Made by a program: the position numbers and the translations under genes. From a virus (Duplodnaviria > Caudoviricetes): 64,000 bases of DNA. The stretch is taken from positions 32,001 to 96,000 of IMG/VR virus record IMGVR_UViG_3300037067_006336; one strand, 5' to 3'. Shown here in pieces: positions 1-8,477 of the stretch (position 1 is the first letter of the stretch; each line of letters begins with the position of its first letter). Under the pieces are notes generated by a model that was given only the letters and a program-made list of their open reading frames with translations, was not told the origin of the DNA and did no database searches.

Positions 1-405
1 TTTAGGGCGTATGTCAAGGTAGTGGTAACGTGGAACTAGGAACTTGATACCAAGTGGAACGTTCAATGGCACGAATAAACGGATAGAATATATGTCCTTG
101 TATGGTGAAGTCTTATAATAAAGTTCATATAAATTATTGGATAAAAAATTCTTGTCAAAATCATACCAATTACCACGTATCGTTGATACGGGTAATGTTC
201 CTCTGATTCCCCTCCACTTATCTAAACCTTCCACCTGCAAACACTTGTTAAGCCTAACCAGTTCAATAAGGAACGCTTCGTTAATTTCAGGCATGTAAAC
301 ATCAAAACCAGCATCAGCCACCCCATTCCCATCACTTACCGGGTTAACCGGGTCTTTCACGTCAAGGTACGTGCTGAATTGAATTGTTTTAAACTTGTTT
401 TCCAT
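1..405 (-). CDS. dut: dUTPase, 3' end truncated by the window edge
   Basis: Not in the ORF track. Manual translation from ATG at 405 gives MENKFKTIQF...ADAGFDVY (motif 1)...VPLGIKF...LDIRPK (start of motif 2), running off the window. Confidence 0.7.
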   Translation of the reverse strand, partial: MENKFKTIQFSTYLDVKDPVNPVSDGNGVADAGFDVYMPEINEAFLIELVRLNKCLQVEGLDKWRGIRGTLPVSTIRGNWYDFDKNFLSNNLYELYYKTSPYKDIYSIRLFVPLNVPLGIKFLVPRYHYLDIRPK

Positions 406-418
406 CTTGATTATCTTT

Positions 419-1957
419 TTAATGGGAACTTGTAGTTATCCCCCTTCGTTTCTTCTCGTCATCTATTTTCTTCTGCATGTTAAGGTACACGTCGGCGGCC
501 GCATCCTTGAAAATCTTGCGTTCACCTATCAACCTCTTCTCGATACGAACGTACAATGTTTCCTTGCTAACATCGTATATTCTACCTGTGGGTGTCAACG
601 CACAACCTTGACTCCTGTATTCTTCCCACTTCTTCTTATCATTGTTAGTAAGAGGGAAACCATCATGGTTAACCTGAATTGAGTCAACCTTACCGTCAGG
701 GCTGAGCCCCCCTGTTATGATACCGTTGGGGTACAGGGAATTCATGTCAACACCTATCGCGGAACCTGTTTCCTTCTTGGTGGGGTCTTTCACGTAACCC
801 CCCGGGTAAGGACGGTACTGGTTCCCGGTGTGTTCCGAGTCAAGCAACACGGTGTTCTCCATCATTAGCTGGTTGTAAACCAGTGCCTCGGATATCGCGT
901 TCTGTGTTACCATCTCGTACGCCATCGTGTTATAGTAAGACTGGAACAAGTCAACGTTAAGTAGTGATGTTTTCTTGTGAAGTAACATGACGAGGATAGT
1001 GTCTGTAAGTGCATACGCGATGTACCTCAGGTAATCGGAGTTGTATAATGTCCTCAAGTTGCCCTGGTACGATACCTTGTGCAAACCTAGTACTTCCTCT
1101 GCAACACCGTCAAGAGAGTAGTTACCCAGGCTAGAGTAAACCTGTGAACCCTTGAACAACATCATGTAATCACTGAAAATCCTGTGAGATGGTATCTTGT
1201 ATTCTATGCTGGTATTATCATTTATGTCTACCTTCTTATCCTGTAGTCTTTGCCTTGGTGATGCCTTGGCGAATGACAACCCTATCCTTGCCATCCTGTT
1301 ACACAGGTAACGCACGTCGTAATCGTATATGTTCCACCCTATATTCGTGTGGAAGTACTTGTTTACGTTCTCGCAGAATGATGATAACAGTTCGTATTCC
1401 GTCTCGAAGAACTTTACCTCGTAATTGTACTCGTGTTTCTCGTAGTAATCGCCGAGCTGTTCACGTAATATGTTGTTGATGTAACCCCTGTCAATATCAT
1501 TGATGCCGTTCAAGGTGTTGTACTTCGGGTGGTTCATGGTGAACACAACGGAATTCAATTCCTGGTCGGTAACCGTTATGGTGGTTACCGGGTTGAAAGC
1601 ATCTTCTTGAGATGAGTAACCGTGTTCATCAGTGGGGAGTACCTCGATATCAAATGATAACGGGTTAGGGAAATTCAATTTCTTTATTGCAAGATCAAGG
1701 GCAGCATCGTAATTCTTCAGGTCACGGTCAATGAAGTAATTCATGTTGTGATTCTTGAAGTAATGTGCTTTCTCCTTCATCACGTTACTACCCTTGAATG
1801 ATTTCAAACCGGGGATGACCAGGGGATGATACTCGTCACATTCAACCAGACGGTAAAAATCATCACCTATATTAACGTTTCCTACTTCGATCTGCCCTTC
1901 ATCGTTGATGAACGATATATCAATATTATCTCTTTTCTGGGAGTAATAAACTATCAT
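419..1957 (-). CDS. Family B DNA polymerase, N-terminal subunit (3'-5' exonuclease + motif A); split polymerase
   Basis: ExoI SFDIEV, ExoII GWNIYDYDVRYL, ExoIII YALTD, YPGGYV and motif A DMNSLYP are present. The protein ends after the first fingers helix (ERKIFK), with no KxxxNSxYG or YGDTDS. Confidence 0.9.
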   Translation of the reverse strand: MIVYYSQKRDNIDISFINDEGQIEVGNVNIGDDFYRLVECDEYHPLVIPGLKSFKGSNVMKEKAHYFKNHNMNYFIDRDLKNYDAALDLAIKKLNFPNPLSFDIEVLPTDEHGYSSQEDAFNPVTTITVTDQELNSVVFTMNHPKYNTLNGINDIDRGYINNILREQLGDYYEKHEYNYEVKFFETEYELLSSFCENVNKYFHTNIGWNIYDYDVRYLCNRMARIGLSFAKASPRQRLQDKKVDINDNTSIEYKIPSHRIFSDYMMLFKGSQVYSSLGNYSLDGVAEEVLGLHKVSYQGNLRTLYNSDYLRYIAYALTDTILVMLLHKKTSLLNVDLFQSYYNTMAYEMVTQNAISEALVYNQLMMENTVLLDSEHTGNQYRPYPGGYVKDPTKKETGSAIGVDMNSLYPNGIITGGLSPDGKVDSIQVNHDGFPLTNNDKKKWEEYRSQGCALTPTGRIYDVSKETLYVRIEKRLIGERKIFKDAAADVYLNMQKKIDDEKKRRGITTSSH

Positions 1958-1977
1958 GGTAAATTATCTGTGGTAAT

Positions 1978-2295
1978 TTAATTCCATATCATCTCATGAA
2001 ACATTTTATCAGTTTTTTCGATATATGTCTTGAAACCATCCTGCATGATGTAATTCTGGTCATCAGCTTCTAGTTTCTTCATGATATCATTCAACTGGTT
2101 GTTTAATCTTATGCATGTTCCTTTTATTGCTTTTGCATGTTCCTGGTCAGTCATGTTATTCTTGTCATTAACTGCCTCATTGAGACGTTTTAACATGCAA
2201 CCCATGATATCACGTATCATGTGAGATAGTTTTTCACTCGAGTCAACTGGTTCACTGGATGAAATTATCATCCTCACTTCATCTTCAAGGAACAT
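1978..2295 (-). CDS. hypothetical protein
   Basis: 105-aa ORF co-oriented and tightly packed with its neighbours. Confidence 0.6.
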   Translation of the reverse strand: MFLEDEVRMIISSSEPVDSSEKLSHMIRDIMGCMLKRLNEAVNDKNNMTDQEHAKAIKGTCIRLNNQLNDIMKKLEADDQNYIMQDGFKTYIEKTDKMFHEMIWN

Positions 2296-2296
2296 A

Positions 2297-2470
2297 TTAC
2301 TTGCTTTCTTGTTTATCCTGTACTTGGGTGTTATTCCCCTTGATAACAGATACTTGTTGATCCCTCAATGCAGATTTACACGAGTCGTCATCATGAACGT
2401 GATGATTCATATCCTCCATGAGGTTCACTAACCCTGTCGATCCTTGATCTTGTATTTCCTTGTGGCACAT
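2297..2470 (-). CDS. small hypothetical protein (57 aa)
   Basis: Manual translation MCHKEIQDQG...QESK*; fills the gap and stops 1 nt before the next ATG. Confidence 0.4.
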   Translation of the reverse strand: MCHKEIQDQGSTGLVNLMEDMNHHVHDDDSCKSALRDQQVSVIKGNNTQVQDKQESK

Positions 2471-2517
2471 ATCATGTATTTTAAAAAAGAATATTATGAT
2501 ATATCCTGTAAATGTCG

Positions 2518-3195
2518 TTATTTAACCATGATGTAACCACTACGAGGGGTACTTGATACGATGCCGTTCTCGATGAAAGTTATCTTGTAAGCCTTGAAAT
2601 CACCGCTGTCACCAGTAGCGTACCTCTCCAGGCGGGCATGTACCAGCTTCTCATTGGCGAACTCAGCGTAACCATCCGTACCTATAACCGGGTTATTGTC
2701 ACCATCGAGAACCATGTCCCCTGTTATGACTTGTATGTTTGGTGCCTTGATGTCGGTAACGATTGTGAACTGAACGGAGTTGGTGAACGTGAAACGGTAG
2801 TAAAAATCATTACCCGATATACACGTCCAGTAAAGGGATGTCAGCGTTGACGGGGGGGTTGATACCGGCACTTCCATGTTTGCCACGTATATCCTGTTAC
2901 CGCTGTAAACCGTGTCATCCTTGTGGTAAACCTGGTTGTCATCGTACCTGGATAACGACACTCTCATGTTCTGTTTCGACCAGTGCGACAAGTTACTTCC
3001 ATCACCGCTAGACAGGTAGTAAAAACACTTGTCATCCGATACCCAAACCAGCTTGTTAACGTAGTTGTAATTAGTGTTGAAAGTTAGCAGATCAGCCGTG
3101 GTTGACACCACGCTACCCTTCACAAGCGGGCCTTTGAACATCAACTCTAGTTGGGCTAACTGTGGTTGAACCTTGTTTATCACCTGGTCTGACAT
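2518..3195 (-). CDS. putative virion structural protein with a carbohydrate-binding-like (CBM5/12-type) module
   Basis: Segment YDDNQVYHKDDTVYSGNRIYVA...YW resembles a chitin-binding-type motif; TAAATA box 28 nt upstream. Confidence 0.5.
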   Translation of the reverse strand: MSDQVINKVQPQLAQLELMFKGPLVKGSVVSTTADLLTFNTNYNYVNKLVWVSDDKCFYYLSSGDGSNLSHWSKQNMRVSLSRYDDNQVYHKDDTVYSGNRIYVANMEVPVSTPPSTLTSLYWTCISGNDFYYRFTFTNSVQFTIVTDIKAPNIQVITGDMVLDGDNNPVIGTDGYAEFANEKLVHARLERYATGDSGDFKAYKITFIENGIVSSTPRSGYIMVK

Positions 3196-3239
3196 GATTT
3201 ATCCTTTCTTGTTCGTGTTCCATATTTACCCAGGGTAAT

Positions 3240-3279
3240 AAAAAGGAGGGGAGTTACCGGAAACGGTAACTCCCCTCCC
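3240..3279 (-). terminator. intrinsic terminator
   Basis: On the - strand, GGAGGGGAGTTACCG-TTTC-CGGTAACTCCCCTCC followed by TTTTT, directly after the stop at 3300. Confidence 0.85.
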
Positions 3280-3299
3280 CCAAATATCCTGTAAACATG

Positions 3300-4820
3300 T
3301 TACAGTATGTTCATGATGTCTTGTATCGCGCCTGCTTTAGACAGGTCGTTACCACCGATATTTTGTTGTATGCCGGCTGGGACTTGTTGCAACACCTGGG
3401 GGGCAACTTTCTGCATTGACGTTTGAACGGCGAACTGCATTGGTATTTCCTGTGATAGTTGTTGCACCACGTTCTGTTTAACTGCTTCCACTTGAGCGGG
3501 GGTAAGGTTCAACATGGCTAACCCGGTATCGAGTGCTTCCTTGACGTTCTCACCTGCCTCGATAGAAGCCATGATCTCGGAGGTTAACTCGTTTAACGTG
3601 ATTCCTCTCGATTGTAACGTTTTAGCCGTTACCTTTCCAGAATAAAGTGAAAGACCAGCTTTCAATTCCTTCAACTTAGCGTTATTATGTGATATCATTG
3701 ACTGGATCGAGCGTTTCTTGGCGGGATCATAAGAACCGCTGGCAAGCAATTCCATGTATTTCACGTTTGATTTGACAAGTTCAGAGATGCGTGTCTCGAT
3801 CTCTGCTTTCCTCGTTACCATAACGTCTTCTGGGGTGGCGTAAGGTTTCAAGATGTAATCACTGATCACTGGATCACCCACCTTGGCTAGTAATGATGTG
3901 GCGAGTTCGATGTCACCATCGTTGTACATGTCTGCTGCCGTAGCAACGACTTTCTTCAGGTTAGGTGGCAAGGCGGCAATCTTGGCTTTCGCGTCAGAAT
4001 TCACGTTACCAAGGTCAGACTCGTACTTCTCCATGGCGGCTATAACATCATCGATGTTACCTGCTCCTGTCAACCCGAACTGTTTACCCAGGTTGGCTAT
4101 CTGGCGGATTTCAGCCTCGGTATTGAATTTCGATTGCTGTAACCCGGCACGTTTCTGCTCGATGCTCGCTATCTGGGCATTTGCCGCAGATATCAACTTG
4201 GCTTTTTTAGCTTTCAACTCGGCCTTGATCTTCTCTGGCGTGCGTTTGTCCTCTTTAGCTTTGTTTAGTTTCTCTTTCTTGGCTGCCGTCATCAATGCAC
4301 CCGTGCGGACTGCTGACTCACCTGTACACATCAGGATGAACATAGCCCCGGGTATGGCGTAACGTTTCGATGCTGCTTTCTCGAACGTTGTCACGATGGA
4401 TTGTCCGGAAATAACATTAGTTACTGTTTCATCTAACGTGTCCCCGAAATTGTTAACGTCCTTGTCAGGCATCACCACAAGAGCCACGATTGAATCGTCA
4501 TTGTTGAACGATGCCTTGTCAGCATCGTTCAACCCGCCGACGAACTCCTCGATCTTCTCTGCACCATCGTTGAACAAGTACCCGTATGACTTGAAACCTA
4601 TGAGCTTGAAGTTGGGTGCTTTCTTGGCACCGGCAGCACCCTTGCTTGCAGATTTCAACAAGTAAACGTGGTTCATCACCTTGGCGATGACATCCGGTCG
4701 TTTCAAGATAGTCTGCAACACGGTTGCATCAAGACCGTGACTGCCGAGAATAGCCCTCGGGTTTTCCTTTACCTGTTCCAGGGTGTTAGCCAGGAACTCC
4801 TCTTTAGTTATTTTTCCCAT
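3300..4820 (-). CDS. hypothetical Ala/Lys-rich coiled-coil protein (~506 aa), probably highly expressed
   Basis: Likely start is ATG 4820 (MGKITKEE) after an A-rich leader. The gene has its own promoter box, structured leader and terminator. Confidence 0.75.
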   Translation of the reverse strand: MGKITKEEFLANTLEQVKENPRAILGSHGLDATVLQTILKRPDVIAKVMNHVYLLKSASKGAAGAKKAPNFKLIGFKSYGYLFNDGAEKIEEFVGGLNDADKASFNNDDSIVALVVMPDKDVNNFGDTLDETVTNVISGQSIVTTFEKAASKRYAIPGAMFILMCTGESAVRTGALMTAAKKEKLNKAKEDKRTPEKIKAELKAKKAKLISAANAQIASIEQKRAGLQQSKFNTEAEIRQIANLGKQFGLTGAGNIDDVIAAMEKYESDLGNVNSDAKAKIAALPPNLKKVVATAADMYNDGDIELATSLLAKVGDPVISDYILKPYATPEDVMVTRKAEIETRISELVKSNVKYMELLASGSYDPAKKRSIQSMISHNNAKLKELKAGLSLYSGKVTAKTLQSRGITLNELTSEIMASIEAGENVKEALDTGLAMLNLTPAQVEAVKQNVVQQLSQEIPMQFAVQTSMQKVAPQVLQQVPAGIQQNIGGNDLSKAGAIQDIMNIL

Positions 4821-4845
4821 TGTTAGTAAAATTAAATTGTTGATT

Positions 4846-4976
4846 AACCAAACCCCGGTTCCCGTGGCGTTGGCGCTTTTCACCGATCTCTCGGCTCGTT
4901 CCCAAGGTTACTAGCGTGTCGCGACCAACACCACCAACCCGCGGGAACCGTACACGCGGCCCGTTCCAACCGGTTA
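4846..4976 (-). ncRNA. candidate structured cis-regulatory RNA (5' leader)
   Basis: GC-rich intergenic segment. Nested stems GGUUCCCG/CGGGAACC and UGGUGUUGGUCGC/GCGCCAACGCCA, a CCGA-GAGA-UCGG GNRA hairpin, and alternative pairings. Confidence 0.55.
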
Positions 4977-4991
4977 TTTTAAACTTGAATA

Positions 4992-4997
4992 TATTTA
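4992..4997 (-). promoter_or_regulatory. late-promoter-like TAAATA box
   Basis: GTAAATA on the - strand just upstream of the structured leader. The same box occurs at 3223, 8097, 9516, 10543, 14060, 25694, 30283 (-) and 43079, 48157, 50911, 52111, 52483, 55338 (+). Confidence 0.6.
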
Positions 4998-5009
4998 CGG
5001 TGTTACCGT

Positions 5010-7712
5010 TTACCTTATACTGTTCCCGTTACCGTCGGCTACCATGACCTTCAACCTTCCTGCAAGCTTGCTGTTTATGGCTTGCAACTGCTCAACAAGA
5101 GATGTGAATTCCCCTTGTTGCGGGGCTTGTGCAGGCGTATTATTGGCTATTTTAGCAGGTGACGTACCGCTTGATAAAACGGGGGTGTAAGATGTTTCAC
5201 CCTGCTTTCCCTCCTCCTTCTCGATAGCCTTCGTGTTACCGTTCATAGCGTCGATCAACTGGCGTAACTTGTCTATCAACTCCTGCAAGTTTTTGTTGCT
5301 TTCCTTGTCCGCCATTAGTTTTAACGACCTCTCGAGTGCCATCATCTTGTTCAGGTCTATGGTGTTAACAGCCCCAGCTACCATCCTCATGTTGGTGGCC
5401 ATCAAGGTCATGTTGGCATGTATTATCGCCCACCTTCCTGGGTCAGCCATCTTGTCAAGGAACGAACCTATACCATCACCCGCCTGGGTCTGGGAGAAGT
5501 TAACCCTTGATAGTTTCTCCAGCACTGATGCAACAGGTAACAGCAAGGCAGCCTTGGCAGCCACCTTCGTGAGTTGTACGAAACCTAGTGAATCTATACC
5601 CTCTATCACTTTCGTTATCGATGTAACAAGGTTGTTAGCCCCGGCAGGGTCATACTTCATGGTGCTTATCTTGTTAACGGATGTTGCCACCCCTTGTATT
5701 ATCTTCATCACGACCCATGTCAGTGTTGCCCCGGGTATGGCCAGTACGGCTATGGGTAACATGGTTGCCATGGTGGGTATCAACAACCACAGGCACGGTA
5801 TCAAACCACCTGTATCATAAGGACCCATTGCTGTTATACCTGCCATGATACCTGCCACGGCTAGTGTCAATAACATTGTTGATAGTATCAGTGCGGATGC
5901 GACAAGTGCTAATACCGCCGGTGCAGCCAGGAGAGCGAGTGTCACGAACGTGATCGACAATGCCCCGAGGAACGTCATCAAGTTACCCATGTTTATCTCT
6001 AATCCTGATATCATCGAGAATGCCTTTGATACCAGTATCAATCCTAAACCGGTTAACACGAGAGCCCCTGATATCATGAGCAGTGTCATCGCTCCTATTT
6101 TTGCCATCGCCGCTATTGGTGGTGCTCCTAGAACAGTGGCTATCAATGCCATACCCACTATGACTGCCCCAAGCATGGCTAGGTCACCCCACGTGATACC
6201 AGCCTTCTTGAACAACCACAACGCTCCGACCATCACGATCATAGACACGGATAACTTTATAAGGTCGTTACCTATCTTCCCGCTACCACCTACCTTCGAC
6301 GCGAACGTCATCACCAGTACTACCCCGGCTATGAATGCTAGCATCTTGAAGACAGAATCCCACGGGATGTATGCCATTGCCAGCATGGCTAGGGTTAGTA
6401 TGCCTATACCGAGGGCGAAACCTGGTAACCCCTTGGTAGCCCCTGATCCACCCCCGAACTTGTCGAGTAGTATCATCATCCCGGCTACAGCACCCATGAA
6501 AACGACCATCTTGAAGACGGTTTCCCACTGGATGTATGCCATCGCTAGCATCGCGAGCGTGAGTATGCCTATACCGAGGGCAAAACCTGGTAAACCTTTC
6601 GTCATCCCCTTGCCACCGGTGAATTTATCGAGTAGTATCATTATACCGGCCACTGCAGCCATGAACACCACCATCTTCATGACGGATTCCCATTGAACCA
6701 CGTTCATGACAACCAGCGCCAGGGTTAGTATACCTATACCACCGGCAAATGAAACCATGCCTTTCGGGAGGTCGTTCTTTTTCTTCCCTGCCAGGAACAT
6801 GTACATCATCCCGAGGAACACACCCATTTTCAACAGTGATCCCCACTCCACGAAGGACATTGCTACCAGTGATAAGGTGAGTATACCTATGCCACCAGCG
6901 AATTCAAGCATATTGTCAGGTAATGTTTTCTTGTCCAGTACTTTAGCCATACCCCATGTGAATCCTACCACTAGTGCCAGTGATAACGCTAGCGTGGGGA
7001 TCATGGCAGCTAACCCCATCACGACAAGTGCGCCAGCAAGCATGAGCATGCTGATGGATATAGACCTCATGGGTTTATCGATCTTCTCGATGTTCTTGAC
7101 GAGTGAATCCATTGCGGTGGTGAACGGTTTTACTTTCTTCTCGTCTATCTCCAGTAACTTGTGAAGTACCCTGGTTAATGTTTCTATCTTCCTGAAGAAG
7201 GGTTTCTTCAATTTAGAATCAAGATCCATCACTGCCTTGGATATACCGAGTATATCGAGTACCTTCATCTTGTCCTTACCACCGGAATCACCTTTGGCAG
7301 CACCTTCTTTCCCTGACTTATCGAACATACCGGCGTTAACCTTTATATCGATAAGTTTCGGTATGTCTAACCCTATCTTATCATTGCCTTTTTTATTCTC
7401 CATTATACCCATCATCCTGGCATCGTTCTCGTACTGGTGTGAGAACCATGATGCCAGTATGGTTGAAATCCTGTCTAGTGTCACCTGTGACTTGGACTTC
7501 GCAACTATCAATGAATTGAAACCAGCCGTTATGATGGTTGTCATGGGCTTGGCTAGTATGTCTGATTCCTTCCTGGCGTAGTACTTCAAAGAGTTGAGTA
7601 TCTTGTTTCCAGCATCAGTACCGGCCGCTATGTTGGCAAGCATGACTTCAACTGGAGCTAGACCCATCTCGATCTGCGTGGATGGCGAGTTCTTTTCCCT
7701 GGTTTGCTTCAT
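5010..7712 (-). CDS. tail tape measure protein
   Basis: 900 aa, helical, with ~55-aa hydrophobic repeats (FALGIGILTLAM..W..V.KM); lies downstream of tube and gp26-like genes. Confidence 0.75.
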   Translation of the reverse strand: MKQTREKNSPSTQIEMGLAPVEVMLANIAAGTDAGNKILNSLKYYARKESDILAKPMTTIITAGFNSLIVAKSKSQVTLDRISTILASWFSHQYENDARMMGIMENKKGNDKIGLDIPKLIDIKVNAGMFDKSGKEGAAKGDSGGKDKMKVLDILGISKAVMDLDSKLKKPFFRKIETLTRVLHKLLEIDEKKVKPFTTAMDSLVKNIEKIDKPMRSISISMLMLAGALVVMGLAAMIPTLALSLALVVGFTWGMAKVLDKKTLPDNMLEFAGGIGILTLSLVAMSFVEWGSLLKMGVFLGMMYMFLAGKKKNDLPKGMVSFAGGIGILTLALVVMNVVQWESVMKMVVFMAAVAGIMILLDKFTGGKGMTKGLPGFALGIGILTLAMLAMAYIQWETVFKMVVFMGAVAGMMILLDKFGGGSGATKGLPGFALGIGILTLAMLAMAYIPWDSVFKMLAFIAGVVLVMTFASKVGGSGKIGNDLIKLSVSMIVMVGALWLFKKAGITWGDLAMLGAVIVGMALIATVLGAPPIAAMAKIGAMTLLMISGALVLTGLGLILVSKAFSMISGLEINMGNLMTFLGALSITFVTLALLAAPAVLALVASALILSTMLLTLAVAGIMAGITAMGPYDTGGLIPCLWLLIPTMATMLPIAVLAIPGATLTWVVMKIIQGVATSVNKISTMKYDPAGANNLVTSITKVIEGIDSLGFVQLTKVAAKAALLLPVASVLEKLSRVNFSQTQAGDGIGSFLDKMADPGRWAIIHANMTLMATNMRMVAGAVNTIDLNKMMALERSLKLMADKESNKNLQELIDKLRQLIDAMNGNTKAIEKEEGKQGETSYTPVLSSGTSPAKIANNTPAQAPQQGEFTSLVEQLQAINSKLAGRLKVMVADGNGNSIR

Positions 7713-7724
7713 GTTGTTATTTCA

Positions 7725-8036
7725 TCAAACCTTTAGTAACGTTGTTGACAGGTTGTTTATAATCCCCTTGGTGACGGTTGATATCTCGGATAGGTCCAGT
7801 AACGTGTACTTCTTACCGGCGGAGTATGCCGTGTACTCCATGGTTACAGGGTTGTACGTTACCATGATGATCTTCTGGGCGGTTCCCCGCTTTCCGCTCA
7901 CCATCACGGTCACGGTACCCACCTCGTCTGATTCCGTGTTTATCAATATACTTACACCACGTTTTACCTGGCTTCTAGTAACCTTGTCAAGCGCTAGCCT
8001 CAAGGTCGTGTTACTGGTTATGTTCTCTATGATCAT
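7725..8036 (-). CDS. hypothetical protein
   Basis: 103-aa ORF in the tail operon. Confidence 0.65.
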   Translation of the reverse strand: MIIENITSNTTLRLALDKVTRSQVKRGVSILINTESDEVGTVTVMVSGKRGTAQKIIMVTYNPVTMEYTAYSAGKKYTLLDLSEISTVTKGIINNLSTTLLKV

Positions 8037-8122
8037 GACTGGTTCTTAGCTGGTTCAAAGGCGAATGGTATATCGAATAAGTGATATCTCGCCACGTATT
8101 TACACGATCGGTGAACCGTCGT

Positions 8123-8446
8123 TTAAAATTTAACCCTCGGTGCATTACCAACCCTGGCTTGTCTCATCATGCTGTTGGCGTGATTTTTAGATGCGGCCAT
8201 CATGTCATCCGCTGACTGGTTGTTACCTCCACCGTTCTGCTTGGCTCCCTCCTCCGTTATCTTCATGTAGTGTTCTTTCATCCTCGACAACCTCCAGAAC
8301 TCGATATTCTCCAGTTCCGGTATGCTGTTGTTAGATTTCATTGACAGGTACATCAACTCCTTGTCGTACTCTTCAAGGTTGATGGTTGAATTCATGTAGA
8401 AGTAACGGTAGAACTCTATGTCGATACCGAGTGCTACTTCTATCAT
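8123..8446 (-). CDS. T4 gp51-like baseplate hub/tail assembly chaperone
   Basis: ELMYLSMKSNNSIPELENIEFWR resembles the gp51-type pattern; sits between the gp26-like gene and the tape measure. Confidence 0.5.
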   Translation of the reverse strand: MIEVALGIDIEFYRYFYMNSTINLEEYDKELMYLSMKSNNSIPELENIEFWRLSRMKEHYMKITEEGAKQNGGGNNQSADDMMAASKNHANSMMRQARVGNAPRVKF

Positions 8447-8477
8447 GTCATTAACTACGTCCCTTGGTGTACATGTA

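Noticed and set aside
2501-3295. CAGGATAT motif (ATATCCTGTAAA at 2501 and 3284; also 26697, 52101, 52476, 57120) as a second regulatory box
   Set aside because: CAGG and GATAT words are common in coding DNA here and the positions relative to starts are inconsistent; it cannot be supported without statistics.
4860-4905. Cobalamin riboswitch (GGGAA...GGTGAAA...GCCAC words)
   Set aside because: The element is too short and lacks the remaining conserved core; it is retained only as an unassigned structured RNA.
5233-8049. Long + strand ORFs antisense to the tape measure (and similar shadow ORFs elsewhere)
   Set aside because: They are antisense shadows caused by codon bias, with no recognisable motifs, and they fully overlap well-supported genes.
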